The notes under the pieces: model-generated
The model's database searches: none
What the model was told of the DNA's origin: nothing
Seen by the model: the letters and a program-made list of their open reading frames with translations, nothing else
Position numbers and translations under genes: made by a program
Virus record (IMG/VR): IMGVR_UViG_3300042341_000024
Coordinates: 1 to 37,801 of that record
DNA: 37,801 bases
Direction: 5' to 3' (one strand)
Source: a virus
Taxonomy: Duplodnaviria > Caudoviricetes
Shown: positions 1-7,278 of the stretch, in pieces
Numbering within the stretch: position 1 is the first letter of the stretch
Layout: each line of letters starts with the position of its first letter

Positions 1-2
1 AC

Positions 3-224
3 AACGCACGGCCTGAAGAAGTAGCCAAGCGTGTGAAGAACAACGCTGCACGTCGCGAAGCTATCAAGGATGGCAAGGTGCGTGTCGGTGATGGCAAAGA
101 CGTTGCACACAAGAAGTCACTGGAGAATGGTGGCGGTAATCACAAGAGCAATACAACCGTGCAAGAAAGATCAACCAACCGTGGATGGAGGAAGGGAAGC
201 GGCTCCTACAACCCTGACAAGTAA
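3..224 (+). CDS. Small HNH-like protein (5' end truncated by window)
   Basis: Frame is open from position 3 (NARPEEVAKRVKNNAARR...). KDVAHKKSLENGGGNHKSN...NRG matches the D-x-x-H...GG-x-N...N pattern of small phage HNH proteins. TAATG overlap with the helicase start. Confidence 0.65.
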   Translation, partial: NARPEEVAKRVKNNAARREAIKDGKVRVGDGKDVAHKKSLENGGGNHKSNTTVQERSTNRGWRKGSGSYNPDK

Positions 225-1792
225 TGCAAATCCATAAAGAAAAAAAGGCGGTCATCCTCCGCCTAAAAAATCCAAGTCGGGTGACAACAGTTATACCGAC
301 AGCTATCGAAGTAGACCACAAAGGACAACGGCTTGTAGCCGTTCCACACCGCCCCGACGAAACTCGGGTGTTAAGAAACTTAGGCTTTGAGGTTCCTGAC
401 CCCATGCCTATGCACTACGTATTTCCAAAGGTCAGTGGACGCCATGAGCCATTCGCTGCACAGAGAGATACTGCGACGTTCTTGTCCATGCACAGTAGGG
501 CGTTCTGCCTCAACGGTATGGGCACTGGCAAGACCAACAGCGCACTGTGGGCGTATGACTACATGCGCCGCACGAAGATCGTGAACAAGGTACTTGTTGT
601 GTGCCCGCTGTCTACGATGGAACGCACATGGGCTGACTCTGTGTTCAACACCTTTCCGCATCTCGATGCGGTAGTATTACACGGCACACGCGACAAGCGT
701 TTGAAGCTTCTCAAAGAAGACGTACACATTTACATTATCAACATCGACGGCCTTGCCACGATCAAAGACGAACTTGCCAAGCGACCTGACATTGATCTGA
801 TCGTTATTGACGAGCTAGCCCTTGCGCGCAACTCAAGCACTGAGCGATGGAAGACATTGAATCTAATCTGCAACAAACAAGGCAACCGCCGTGTCTGGGG
901 TATGACAGGTTCCCCAACGCCTAATGCACCAACAGATGCGTGGGCGCAGTGCAAGCTAATCACACCCGATAACACCAGTGTGCCTAAATACTTTGGTGCG
1001 TTTCGTGATCGTGTAATGCGACAGTTGACACAGTTCAAATGGACTGCCCGCCCTGACGCTAACGATGTGATCTATCAGATGATGCAGCCGGCTATTCGGT
1101 TCTCGCTTGACGATTGCACTGACTTGCCCGAGCAGATGTTCATCACCCGTGAGGCGGAGCTGACACCTGAGCAGAAGAAGGCTTACAAGGACATGTTGTC
1201 CAAGCTAGCCACTGAGTATGCAGGCGGCCAGATTCTGGCTGTGAACGAAGCAATCAAGGCAAACAAGCTAATTCAGATCGCCTGCGGTGTCGCATATGGG
1301 ACAGGTGGGGAGGAGGTAGTGATCCCATCTAAGCCTAGAATAGATGTACTCAAAGAAATCATTGAAGAGTCTGAAGGCAAGGTGATTGTGTTTGTGCCGT
1401 TGACTGGGGCCCTTGAGAGCGTAGCGACAGAGCTGCGTAAGGATTGGTCAGTAGAAGTCGTACATGGCGGCACTAGCAAGTCACAACGCGATCAGATTTT
1501 CTCTGACTTCCAACGAGGGTTTGACCCGAGAGTATTAGTGGCAAATGCGGCTACCATGTCACACGGGCTAACGCTAACAGCGGCAACTACCATCGTATGG
1601 TACGCACCGGTGCATAGCAATGAGATTTACGAACAGGCTTGCGCTAGGGTTAGACGCCCCGGCCAAACCAAAACCACTGTGATTGTGCATATCGCAGGCA
1701 CAGACGTCGAAAGACGTGTGTACAAGAGGCTACAAGACAAGCAGTCAATGCAAGGCATCTTGCTTGACATGATGAAAGAACAACCTGAATAG
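224..1792 (+). CDS. SNF2-family (SF2) helicase/ATPase
   Basis: Motif I GMGTGKT, Ia VVCPLS, II IDELA, III TGSPTPN, V HGLTLTAA, VI QACARVRRPGQ. Confidence 0.92.
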   Translation: MQIHKEKKAVILRLKNPSRVTTVIPTAIEVDHKGQRLVAVPHRPDETRVLRNLGFEVPDPMPMHYVFPKVSGRHEPFAAQRDTATFLSMHSRAFCLNGMGTGKTNSALWAYDYMRRTKIVNKVLVVCPLSTMERTWADSVFNTFPHLDAVVLHGTRDKRLKLLKEDVHIYIINIDGLATIKDELAKRPDIDLIVIDELALARNSSTERWKTLNLICNKQGNRRVWGMTGSPTPNAPTDAWAQCKLITPDNTSVPKYFGAFRDRVMRQLTQFKWTARPDANDVIYQMMQPAIRFSLDDCTDLPEQMFITREAELTPEQKKAYKDMLSKLATEYAGGQILAVNEAIKANKLIQIACGVAYGTGGEEVVIPSKPRIDVLKEIIEESEGKVIVFVPLTGALESVATELRKDWSVEVVHGGTSKSQRDQIFSDFQRGFDPRVLVANAATMSHGLTLTAATTIVWYAPVHSNEIYEQACARVRRPGQTKTTVIVHIAGTDVERRVYKRLQDKQSMQGILLDMMKEQPE

Positions 1793-1850
1793 GAGGCGCT
1801 ATCGATTACCGAAACCTGACCCCAATCAACCACAAACAAAAGGATACAAA

Positions 1851-2234
1851 ATGAAACTCTCAGACGCAGTGAGCCTGTACATCAAGATGCGGGACAAAAA
1901 AGCGCAAATGAAAGCAGAGTTCGATGCCAGTGTCGCACCACTGAATGAGAAGATGGAAAAACTAGAAGCCAAACTTCTGGACGTCTTCAACAAGACCGGC
2001 ATGGACTCAGTCAAGACAGAATTTGGAACGGCGTATACCACGACTCGTGTTACAGCAAGCGTGGCAGATCGAGATATTTTTATGACTCACGTCAGAGAAA
2101 ACGACGACTGGGCGCTGCTTGAAGTTCGAGCATCCAAATCTGCGGTAGAACAGTACCGCGAAAACAACAACGACTTACCCCCGGGTATATCTATGCGTGA
2201 AGAACGTGTAGTAAATGTCCGTCGTTCGTCGTAA
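1851..2234 (+). CDS. Conserved phage protein, Gam/Gp157-like coiled-coil (DNA metabolism)
   Basis: SD AAGGA. N-terminal coiled coil, SVKTEFGT, C-terminal LPPGI; sits between the helicase and the SSB-like gene. Confidence 0.55.
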   Translation: MKLSDAVSLYIKMRDKKAQMKAEFDASVAPLNEKMEKLEAKLLDVFNKTGMDSVKTEFGTAYTTTRVTASVADRDIFMTHVRENDDWALLEVRASKSAVEQYRENNNDLPPGISMREERVVNVRRSS

Positions 2235-2262
2235 ACTCTTTCCCCCAACCACAGAAAATATC

Positions 2263-3171
2263 ATGAATATTATTCCATTTGACTCCGGCTCCGGCTTGCC
2301 ATCATTCCTGAAAAAAGTTGACGTAGCCACTCTGAACGCTGACTTGACAGCTCACGCTGGCGGCGGATTCCCAGTGATCTCCATCAAAGGCAAAGTGTTT
2401 GCAGTCGTTCGCGACGGTGAGCGCGAGTTGCAGATGAACCCTAAAGACCCCGACAGTGCAGCAACTAGCCTGAACGTAGTGTTGTTAAAAGTCAACAAGG
2501 GTACATCTAAGGTGTTCTACCTCAAGGGCTACGACAAAGACACAAGCGAAGGTCAAAAGCCTGACTGCTACTCCAACGATGGCATCGAGCCAGCAGCCGA
2601 TGCACAGAACAAACAAGCCAAGAAGTGCGCTACCTGTGCCCACAATCAGTGGGGCTCTCGTATCAGCGAGCGCGGTGCTACCAAGGGTAAGGCATGTTCC
2701 GATGCAGTTCGCATGGCTGTAGCCCCCGCTGGCCAGCTTAACGACGCTATGCTGTTGCGTATTCCCCCTGCATCTATCAAGGCACTGGGTGAGTACGGTC
2801 AGATGTTGGCTAAGCGCGGTGTCGGCTACAACATGGTTGTGACCAAAGTTGGCTTTGACTTGCAAGCCGAGTCCCCCAAGCTGACATTTGCTCCAGTTGG
2901 TTTGCTTGACGATGACGGCTTTGCTGAAGTTCAAGAGATTGTTCAGTCAGACATTGTTGCCAGTATTCTTGGCAGCAACCCCGCTCCCGTGGAATTTACC
3001 CCGGCTGTTGAAGTCGAGGAAGCTCCCGCCCCCAAAGCTGCACCTAAGGAAGAAGCGCCTGCGCCCAAGCCTGAAGTGAAAGCCAAACCCGCAGCTAAAG
3101 CCAAGCCTGCTCCCGCTCCAGTTGAGGACGATCTCGAACTCGATCTCGACGGTATCAGCTTTGACGACTAA
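2263..3171 (+). CDS. Putative ssDNA-binding/annealing protein with Cys cluster and acidic tail
   Basis: ATG 2263 preferred over 2215, which overlaps the upstream gene. PDCYSNDG, CATCAHNQWGS, GKAC; Pro/Ala/Lys linker; acidic aromatic tail DDLELDLDGISFDD typical of SSBs. Confidence 0.7.
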   Translation: MNIIPFDSGSGLPSFLKKVDVATLNADLTAHAGGGFPVISIKGKVFAVVRDGERELQMNPKDPDSAATSLNVVLLKVNKGTSKVFYLKGYDKDTSEGQKPDCYSNDGIEPAADAQNKQAKKCATCAHNQWGSRISERGATKGKACSDAVRMAVAPAGQLNDAMLLRIPPASIKALGEYGQMLAKRGVGYNMVVTKVGFDLQAESPKLTFAPVGLLDDDGFAEVQEIVQSDIVASILGSNPAPVEFTPAVEVEEAPAPKAAPKEEAPAPKPEVKAKPAAKAKPAPAPVEDDLELDLDGISFDD

Positions 3172-3181
3172 GCAACTCAAC

Positions 3182-3195
3182 GGGGCTTCGGCCCC
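3182..3195 (+). promoter_or_regulatory. C(UUCG)G tetraloop hairpin without U-tract
   Basis: GGGGC-TTCG-GCCCC directly after the SSB-like stop; likely 3'-stabilising or processing hairpin. Confidence 0.6.
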
Positions 3196-3221
3196 AACCC
3201 TCCAACTCTCTAGGAAATAAA

Positions 3222-3437
3222 ATGAACTACCAAATCAAACTTGAAATGAACATCGATGCCAACGCTCTGCAAGTGTTGCTCCGTACCCTTGATGCCGGCC
3301 CACACGGTCTGATGCGCGGCATGATCGACAACATCATTCAACAAGCACAAGCCCAAGAGCAAGAAGCCCGTGCTGCTGCCGAAGCTGCGCCTACTGACGT
3401 AGTAGATGGTATGCCTGTCACGCCACTTCCCAACTAA
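3222..3437 (+). CDS. Hypothetical protein (71 aa)
   Basis: SD AGGA, ATG 3222; fills the intergenic gap with protein-like composition. Confidence 0.75.
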   Translation: MNYQIKLEMNIDANALQVLLRTLDAGPHGLMRGMIDNIIQQAQAQEQEARAAAEAAPTDVVDGMPVTPLPN

Positions 3438-3456
3438 ACGACGATTGATTCAATCG

Positions 3457-3487
3457 GGAAGCCCGTGCGCGGGCTTTCTTTCGTTTA
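3457..3487 (+). terminator. Intrinsic terminator/attenuator upstream of the primase
   Basis: GGAAGCCCG-TGCG-CGGGCTTTC followed by TTTCGTTT. Confidence 0.6.
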
Positions 3488-3533
3488 ACTGGAGTAGTCA
3501 TGAGTTGCAAAAATACAACAGCAGGAGATCACC

Positions 3534-6500
3534 ATGGATGCCCTTGAGTTCCTCCGAACAATCCTGCCCGAATACGGCATCCACTACTTGACGCTTTTCA
3601 CAAAAGAGGTCAACCCAAAGACAAACAAGTCTTACACCTACCACAAGTTTTATCTAAGCTTAGAGGACATGGCTGCCGAGATTCCGCGATGGGAGAATGA
3701 TCCCAAGTTCGTGGCGACGTACCATGCCTGCGCTTCGTACCTGAAGCCGTACATCGAAGTTGAGAAAGACGGCGAGACTCGTAAGAAGTACCGCGTCGAA
3801 GAGAACTGGGATCGTGCCAAATCTTTTTGGATTGACATTGATTGCGGTCAGAAGAAGCACGACGCCGGTCAGGGATACCTGACACAAATGGATGGCGTTA
3901 AAGCCATTGCCGCATTTGCCAAGAAGGTGGGCTTGCCCCGCCCTATGATCGTGGACTCCGGTAACGGTATCCATGCCTACTGGCCCCTGACGAAAGATAT
4001 CAGCCACACTAAGTGGGTCATGGTTGCTAAGTGGCTTAAGTCATGCCTAGCGCACGAGAAAGTCCTAGCAGATTCGTCACGCACTGCTGATTTTGCAAGC
4101 ATCTTGCGCCCTGTTGGGTCAGCAAACCGTAAGGGTGAACCTAAAGAAATTAAGGTTCGTTCTACATGCGAGCCTGTTGAACCGGCAGAATTTGCCCAAG
4201 CACTACAGACTTTTGTGTCTGCCAACGACGTCAAGCTCATCAAGGAGTCTGTCAAAAGGACTTACAACGCCGATCTGAATTCCGATCTGACAGCGCACCT
4301 GACTACGTATCCTGACGTACCTGTGGATGCCAACGAGATGGCCGGTAAATGCCTTCAGGCAGCCGCTATGCGTGACTCTAAGGGTGACGTAGGGTACGAG
4401 CCTTGGCGTGGTGTCATCGGCTTGCTTAAGTACTGTGAGAACGGTGAGACGCTGGCCGAAGAATGGAGCGCTGATCGCGAAGCCACTGGGCACGATCAGA
4501 TTGACTGGCAGAACAAGTACAACACATGGGAAGCCGGCCCAACGACCTGCGCGTTCTTTGAGCAGCACAACAGCCCGGGCTGTGTAGGCTGTGAGTTTAA
4601 AGGCAAGGTCAACACACCCTTGGTTCTAGGTAGGGTAATCCCTATAGTAGAAGAATCTACCGCCGAAGTTGTTACTGAAGAAGGCGTAGTTGAGGAAGCT
4701 GTCATACCCGCTCTGCCATATGGCTATGTGTGGGATGGTAAATTGCTTAGCCGCCTATTGCCAGACAAGGAGGGGGTGTTACAACCCTTGCCCTTTTGCG
4801 AGAACTTGTTCTACCCGACCAGCCGTATTCGTAGCGAAGATGGCACGTTCAGGTACGGCATAAGATTCCACTTGCCTGACAAGCGCATTCGTGACTTTGA
4901 CATCTTAGGTGAAGCCGTTGCTTCGTCGACAGACCTACTACGGGCCTTGGCTCGGTATGAGTTGACTAAGAGTAACCACAAAAACGCAGGAGACCACATG
5001 TCCGCATATCTGCTTGACCAGCTGCAATCACTAAAGCGCCGCATCGCTGAGACAAACACCCTTACAACATTCGGCTGGCGGGACGAACACAAAGCGTTCT
5101 TGCTTGGCGACAAGTTGTTTACTAAGGGGGCTGAGCCGGCTGAGGTACTGATTGGCGGTAACGCTAAGGCTAAATTTAATACGTTTGCACCTAACAAGGG
5201 ATCGATTGAAGGCTACGCTGAAGCTCTGAACTTTCTGTACAACCGAGAAGGCGCAACGCACTGGCAATACACCATCTGTGCGGGCTGGGGTTCACTCCTA
5301 GCGCATCACTGCGAAGACCTCTACAAGGGTTTGATCTTGGCTTTGCAAGGCGGTGACACTGCTCGTGGTAAGACTACAGTCTGCCATGCTGCACTTGCTG
5401 CGTTTGGCAACCCTGAGAAGCTGACCTTGAGTTCGAAGGACGGCTTTACTACAAACGCTCTGTGGGCAACGCTTGGGGTGTTCAACAACATTCCTGTGCT
5501 TGCTGACGAGATGACAAGTGTCGACCCTGCGACCTTCAGTGATGTGGCTTATGGCGTGTCGAACGGCAAAGAAAAAATCCGCATGACTTCCAAGAGCGGC
5601 AGTGTTGTGTTTGCTAATTCAGCTGAATGGCGACTCAACTTGTATGTCACTGGCAACAAAGACTTCCATGGCACACTGGCTGCTCACCAAGCCAACTCAC
5701 AGGCAGAAGCTGTCCGTCTAATCCAAGTCAACATCGATCGATACCCTCCGTTGATATTGGCTGACCGGTCTTTGTTCCCCGCAGGTAAGGACGGCGACAC
5801 CGCATGGAACGCTGCATCTGCACTGGTGGCCGCCGAGCACATCAAACAAATGACGCAGAACAGTGGCCATGCCGGCGCTGCCATTATCAAGTACATCTTG
5901 GACAATGAAGCTTCCGTGGCTAAGGCAATGTCGGACATGATTACCCGCTTCACGCAGGTTCTTCCAAGCCCCAAGTACCGGTTCTATCGTGCTCATAGCG
6001 CATGTACGATCGTTGCTGCTCAGATTGCCAAGAAGTTAGGCATCATCGAATTTGACGTCAAAGAGCTGTATGCATTTACAGTTAACTTAATTGTTGAACT
6101 GGCAGACTCAGTCATGGAAACGAATGCCATCTCGTCAGACGATGCGTTCTCTCGTATGGTCAGTCACCTTGGCCCACGAATTATTGTCACTAGCGAATAC
6201 CGCGACAAGCGCGATGGTAGAGGCCCAGAGAGCCCACGCACTCGGATCATGGGTGATGTGGCAGGACGGTATGTGATCGGCACCACAAGCCAAAAAGAGC
6301 ATGCGGGTCATCTGATGTTGTCGCAGAAAGAAGTACGCGACTGGTGTATGAAGAACCGACTAGACTACCCCGCGATGATGACTGCCTTGCAGAAGGAGGG
6401 CGCATTATTGAAGCAGGGTGAGAAGTTCACACTGACACGCGGTACTGACTACCCGATGGTGCAACAGCGCTGCATTATTGTGGACACACTGAAGCTTGAC

Positions 6501-6572
6501 AAGGACTCAGTAGCCCCTGCATTAACCCTAGTCTCTAATCAGTTTGACGGAGATGCTGTAGGGGATGTATGA
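3534..6572 (+). CDS. Primase-helicase: AEP/RepB-type primase, PriCT-like and Cys region, DUF927/Cch-like helicase
   Basis: SD AGGAG. FWIDIDCG, VDSGNGIHAYW and ILRPVGS primase motifs; TCAFFEQHNSPGCVGC; TFGW; Walker A GGDTARGKTT and Walker B VLADEMT. Confidence 0.9.
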   Translation: MDALEFLRTILPEYGIHYLTLFTKEVNPKTNKSYTYHKFYLSLEDMAAEIPRWENDPKFVATYHACASYLKPYIEVEKDGETRKKYRVEENWDRAKSFWIDIDCGQKKHDAGQGYLTQMDGVKAIAAFAKKVGLPRPMIVDSGNGIHAYWPLTKDISHTKWVMVAKWLKSCLAHEKVLADSSRTADFASILRPVGSANRKGEPKEIKVRSTCEPVEPAEFAQALQTFVSANDVKLIKESVKRTYNADLNSDLTAHLTTYPDVPVDANEMAGKCLQAAAMRDSKGDVGYEPWRGVIGLLKYCENGETLAEEWSADREATGHDQIDWQNKYNTWEAGPTTCAFFEQHNSPGCVGCEFKGKVNTPLVLGRVIPIVEESTAEVVTEEGVVEEAVIPALPYGYVWDGKLLSRLLPDKEGVLQPLPFCENLFYPTSRIRSEDGTFRYGIRFHLPDKRIRDFDILGEAVASSTDLLRALARYELTKSNHKNAGDHMSAYLLDQLQSLKRRIAETNTLTTFGWRDEHKAFLLGDKLFTKGAEPAEVLIGGNAKAKFNTFAPNKGSIEGYAEALNFLYNREGATHWQYTICAGWGSLLAHHCEDLYKGLILALQGGDTARGKTTVCHAALAAFGNPEKLTLSSKDGFTTNALWATLGVFNNIPVLADEMTSVDPATFSDVAYGVSNGKEKIRMTSKSGSVVFANSAEWRLNLYVTGNKDFHGTLAAHQANSQAEAVRLIQVNIDRYPPLILADRSLFPAGKDGDTAWNAASALVAAEHIKQMTQNSGHAGAAIIKYILDNEASVAKAMSDMITRFTQVLPSPKYRFYRAHSACTIVAAQIAKKLGIIEFDVKELYAFTVNLIVELADSVMETNAISSDDAFSRMVSHLGPRIIVTSEYRDKRDGRGPESPRTRIMGDVAGRYVIGTTSQKEHAGHLMLSQKEVRDWCMKNRLDYPAMMTALQKEGALLKQGEKFTLTRGTDYPMVQQRCIIVDTLKLDKDSVAPALTLVSNQFDGDAVGDV

Positions 6573-6573
6573 T
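6544..6573 (+). promoter_or_regulatory. Sigma70-type promoter inside the primase 3' end
   Basis: TTGACG (6544-6549), 18-nt spacer, TATGAT (6568-6573); each box matches consensus at 5 of 6 positions. Confidence 0.65.
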
Positions 6574-6579
6574 CGCCAC

Positions 6580-6652
6580 GCTGGTTGCCATGACTAGCTC
6601 CTTTTCGTGGTTGAAAAGAGTAACCCCCGGCGTAAAAACCGGGGGTTTTTTT
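6580..6652 (+). ncRNA. Candidate small regulatory RNA (~73 nt) with anti-AUG/anti-SD sequence
   Basis: Predicted +1 near G6580 is the first base of stem GCUGGUU-GCCAU-GACUAGC (two G-U pairs). Second stem UUUUC-GUGGUU-GAAAA, then the terminator hairpin and U-tract. Confidence 0.55.
6622..6652 (+). terminator. Intrinsic terminator (likely bidirectional) between the converging operons
   Basis: AACCCCCGG-CGTAAAAA-CCGGGGGTT then TTTTT; on the - strand it is followed by ACTCTTTTC. Confidence 0.9.
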
Positions 6653-6803
6653 ACTTGCGCTTCGCAGTCTTTGCAGACTTGATAAAGTCAGCTTTCGTGG
6701 GAGCGCCTTTGCTGCCTACCTTACGCATCTTTTCACCGGAGCCATTCTTAATGCGCTCCTGTTTTGCGTTGATGTTGGCATAGAGGCCGGGCTTGGTAGC
6801 CAT
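6651..6803 (-). CDS. Small Lys-rich protein (50 aa), absent from ORF track
   Basis: MATKPGLYANINAKQERIKNGSGEKMRKVGSKGAPTKADFIKSAKTAKRK; resembles the recurrent phage GLYANIxAK...GEKMRK...GAPT family; SD-like AGGT upstream. Confidence 0.8.
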   Translation of the reverse strand: MATKPGLYANINAKQERIKNGSGEKMRKVGSKGAPTKADFIKSAKTAKRK

Positions 6804-6805
6804 GA

Positions 6806-6997
6806 TTATTTACCTTTAGCCATACACTTGCCAGCGGCTTTGCACTTGGCAGGCATCTTACAGCCGGGGCAGGGCTTGAATGAAGTGGACTTCTTGCCTT
6901 CGGCTTTTTCCATCTTCATGTACATCTTCTTAGAGCCAGCGGCTTTCATTTCCTTGGCTTCCTCTTTCTTCGACTCTTTACCTTTAAAGGGCATCAT
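6806..6997 (-). CDS. Small Lys/Met-rich protein with four Cys (CPGC...KC...KC)
   Basis: SD GGAGG; tightly packed between its neighbours. Confidence 0.75.
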   Translation of the reverse strand: MMPFKGKESKKEEAKEMKAAGSKKMYMKMEKAEGKKSTSFKPCPGCKMPAKCKAAGKCMAKGK

Positions 6998-7014
6998 AAT
7001 AACCTCCAGTTAAA

Positions 7015-7269
7015 TTAACAGTTCCAAGCGCGTAACGATTTATTGATGCGGGAGTTCGGGTCTTTAGCCGTCTTCTCGCTAGTCAATTTCTTTTTCATGC
7101 CTTCCATGCGGGCACAGAATGAATCTCGACGTGGGCCGCCCTCTGGTTGGGGAGCCTTCAAGCCCGGCTTACCGGGGTTTGCTTTGTTGTAAGAGGCGCG
7201 TCCCTTGGCATTCAAGCCGCCCTTTTCAGACTTTCCCTCTTTACGTTGCCATGCAGGTGTCTTAGCCAT
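7015..7269 (-). CDS. Small basic protein, DUF6321-like
   Basis: GGLNAKGRASYN...RRDSFCARM...KDPNSRINKSLRAWNC; SD AAGGA. Confidence 0.8.
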   Translation of the reverse strand: MAKTPAWQRKEGKSEKGGLNAKGRASYNKANPGKPGLKAPQPEGGPRRDSFCARMEGMKKKLTSEKTAKDPNSRINKSLRAWNC

Positions 7270-7278
7270 AACTTTCCT

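Noticed and set aside
805-825. Helicase motif II reads DELA rather than DExH, suggesting inactivation
   Set aside because: The catalytic DE and all other motifs are intact; such variants are plausible in phage SNF2-like proteins.
3406-3591. 61-aa ORF bridging the 71-aa gene and the primase
   Set aside because: It overlaps both neighbours, crosses the terminator structure and has no protein-like features.
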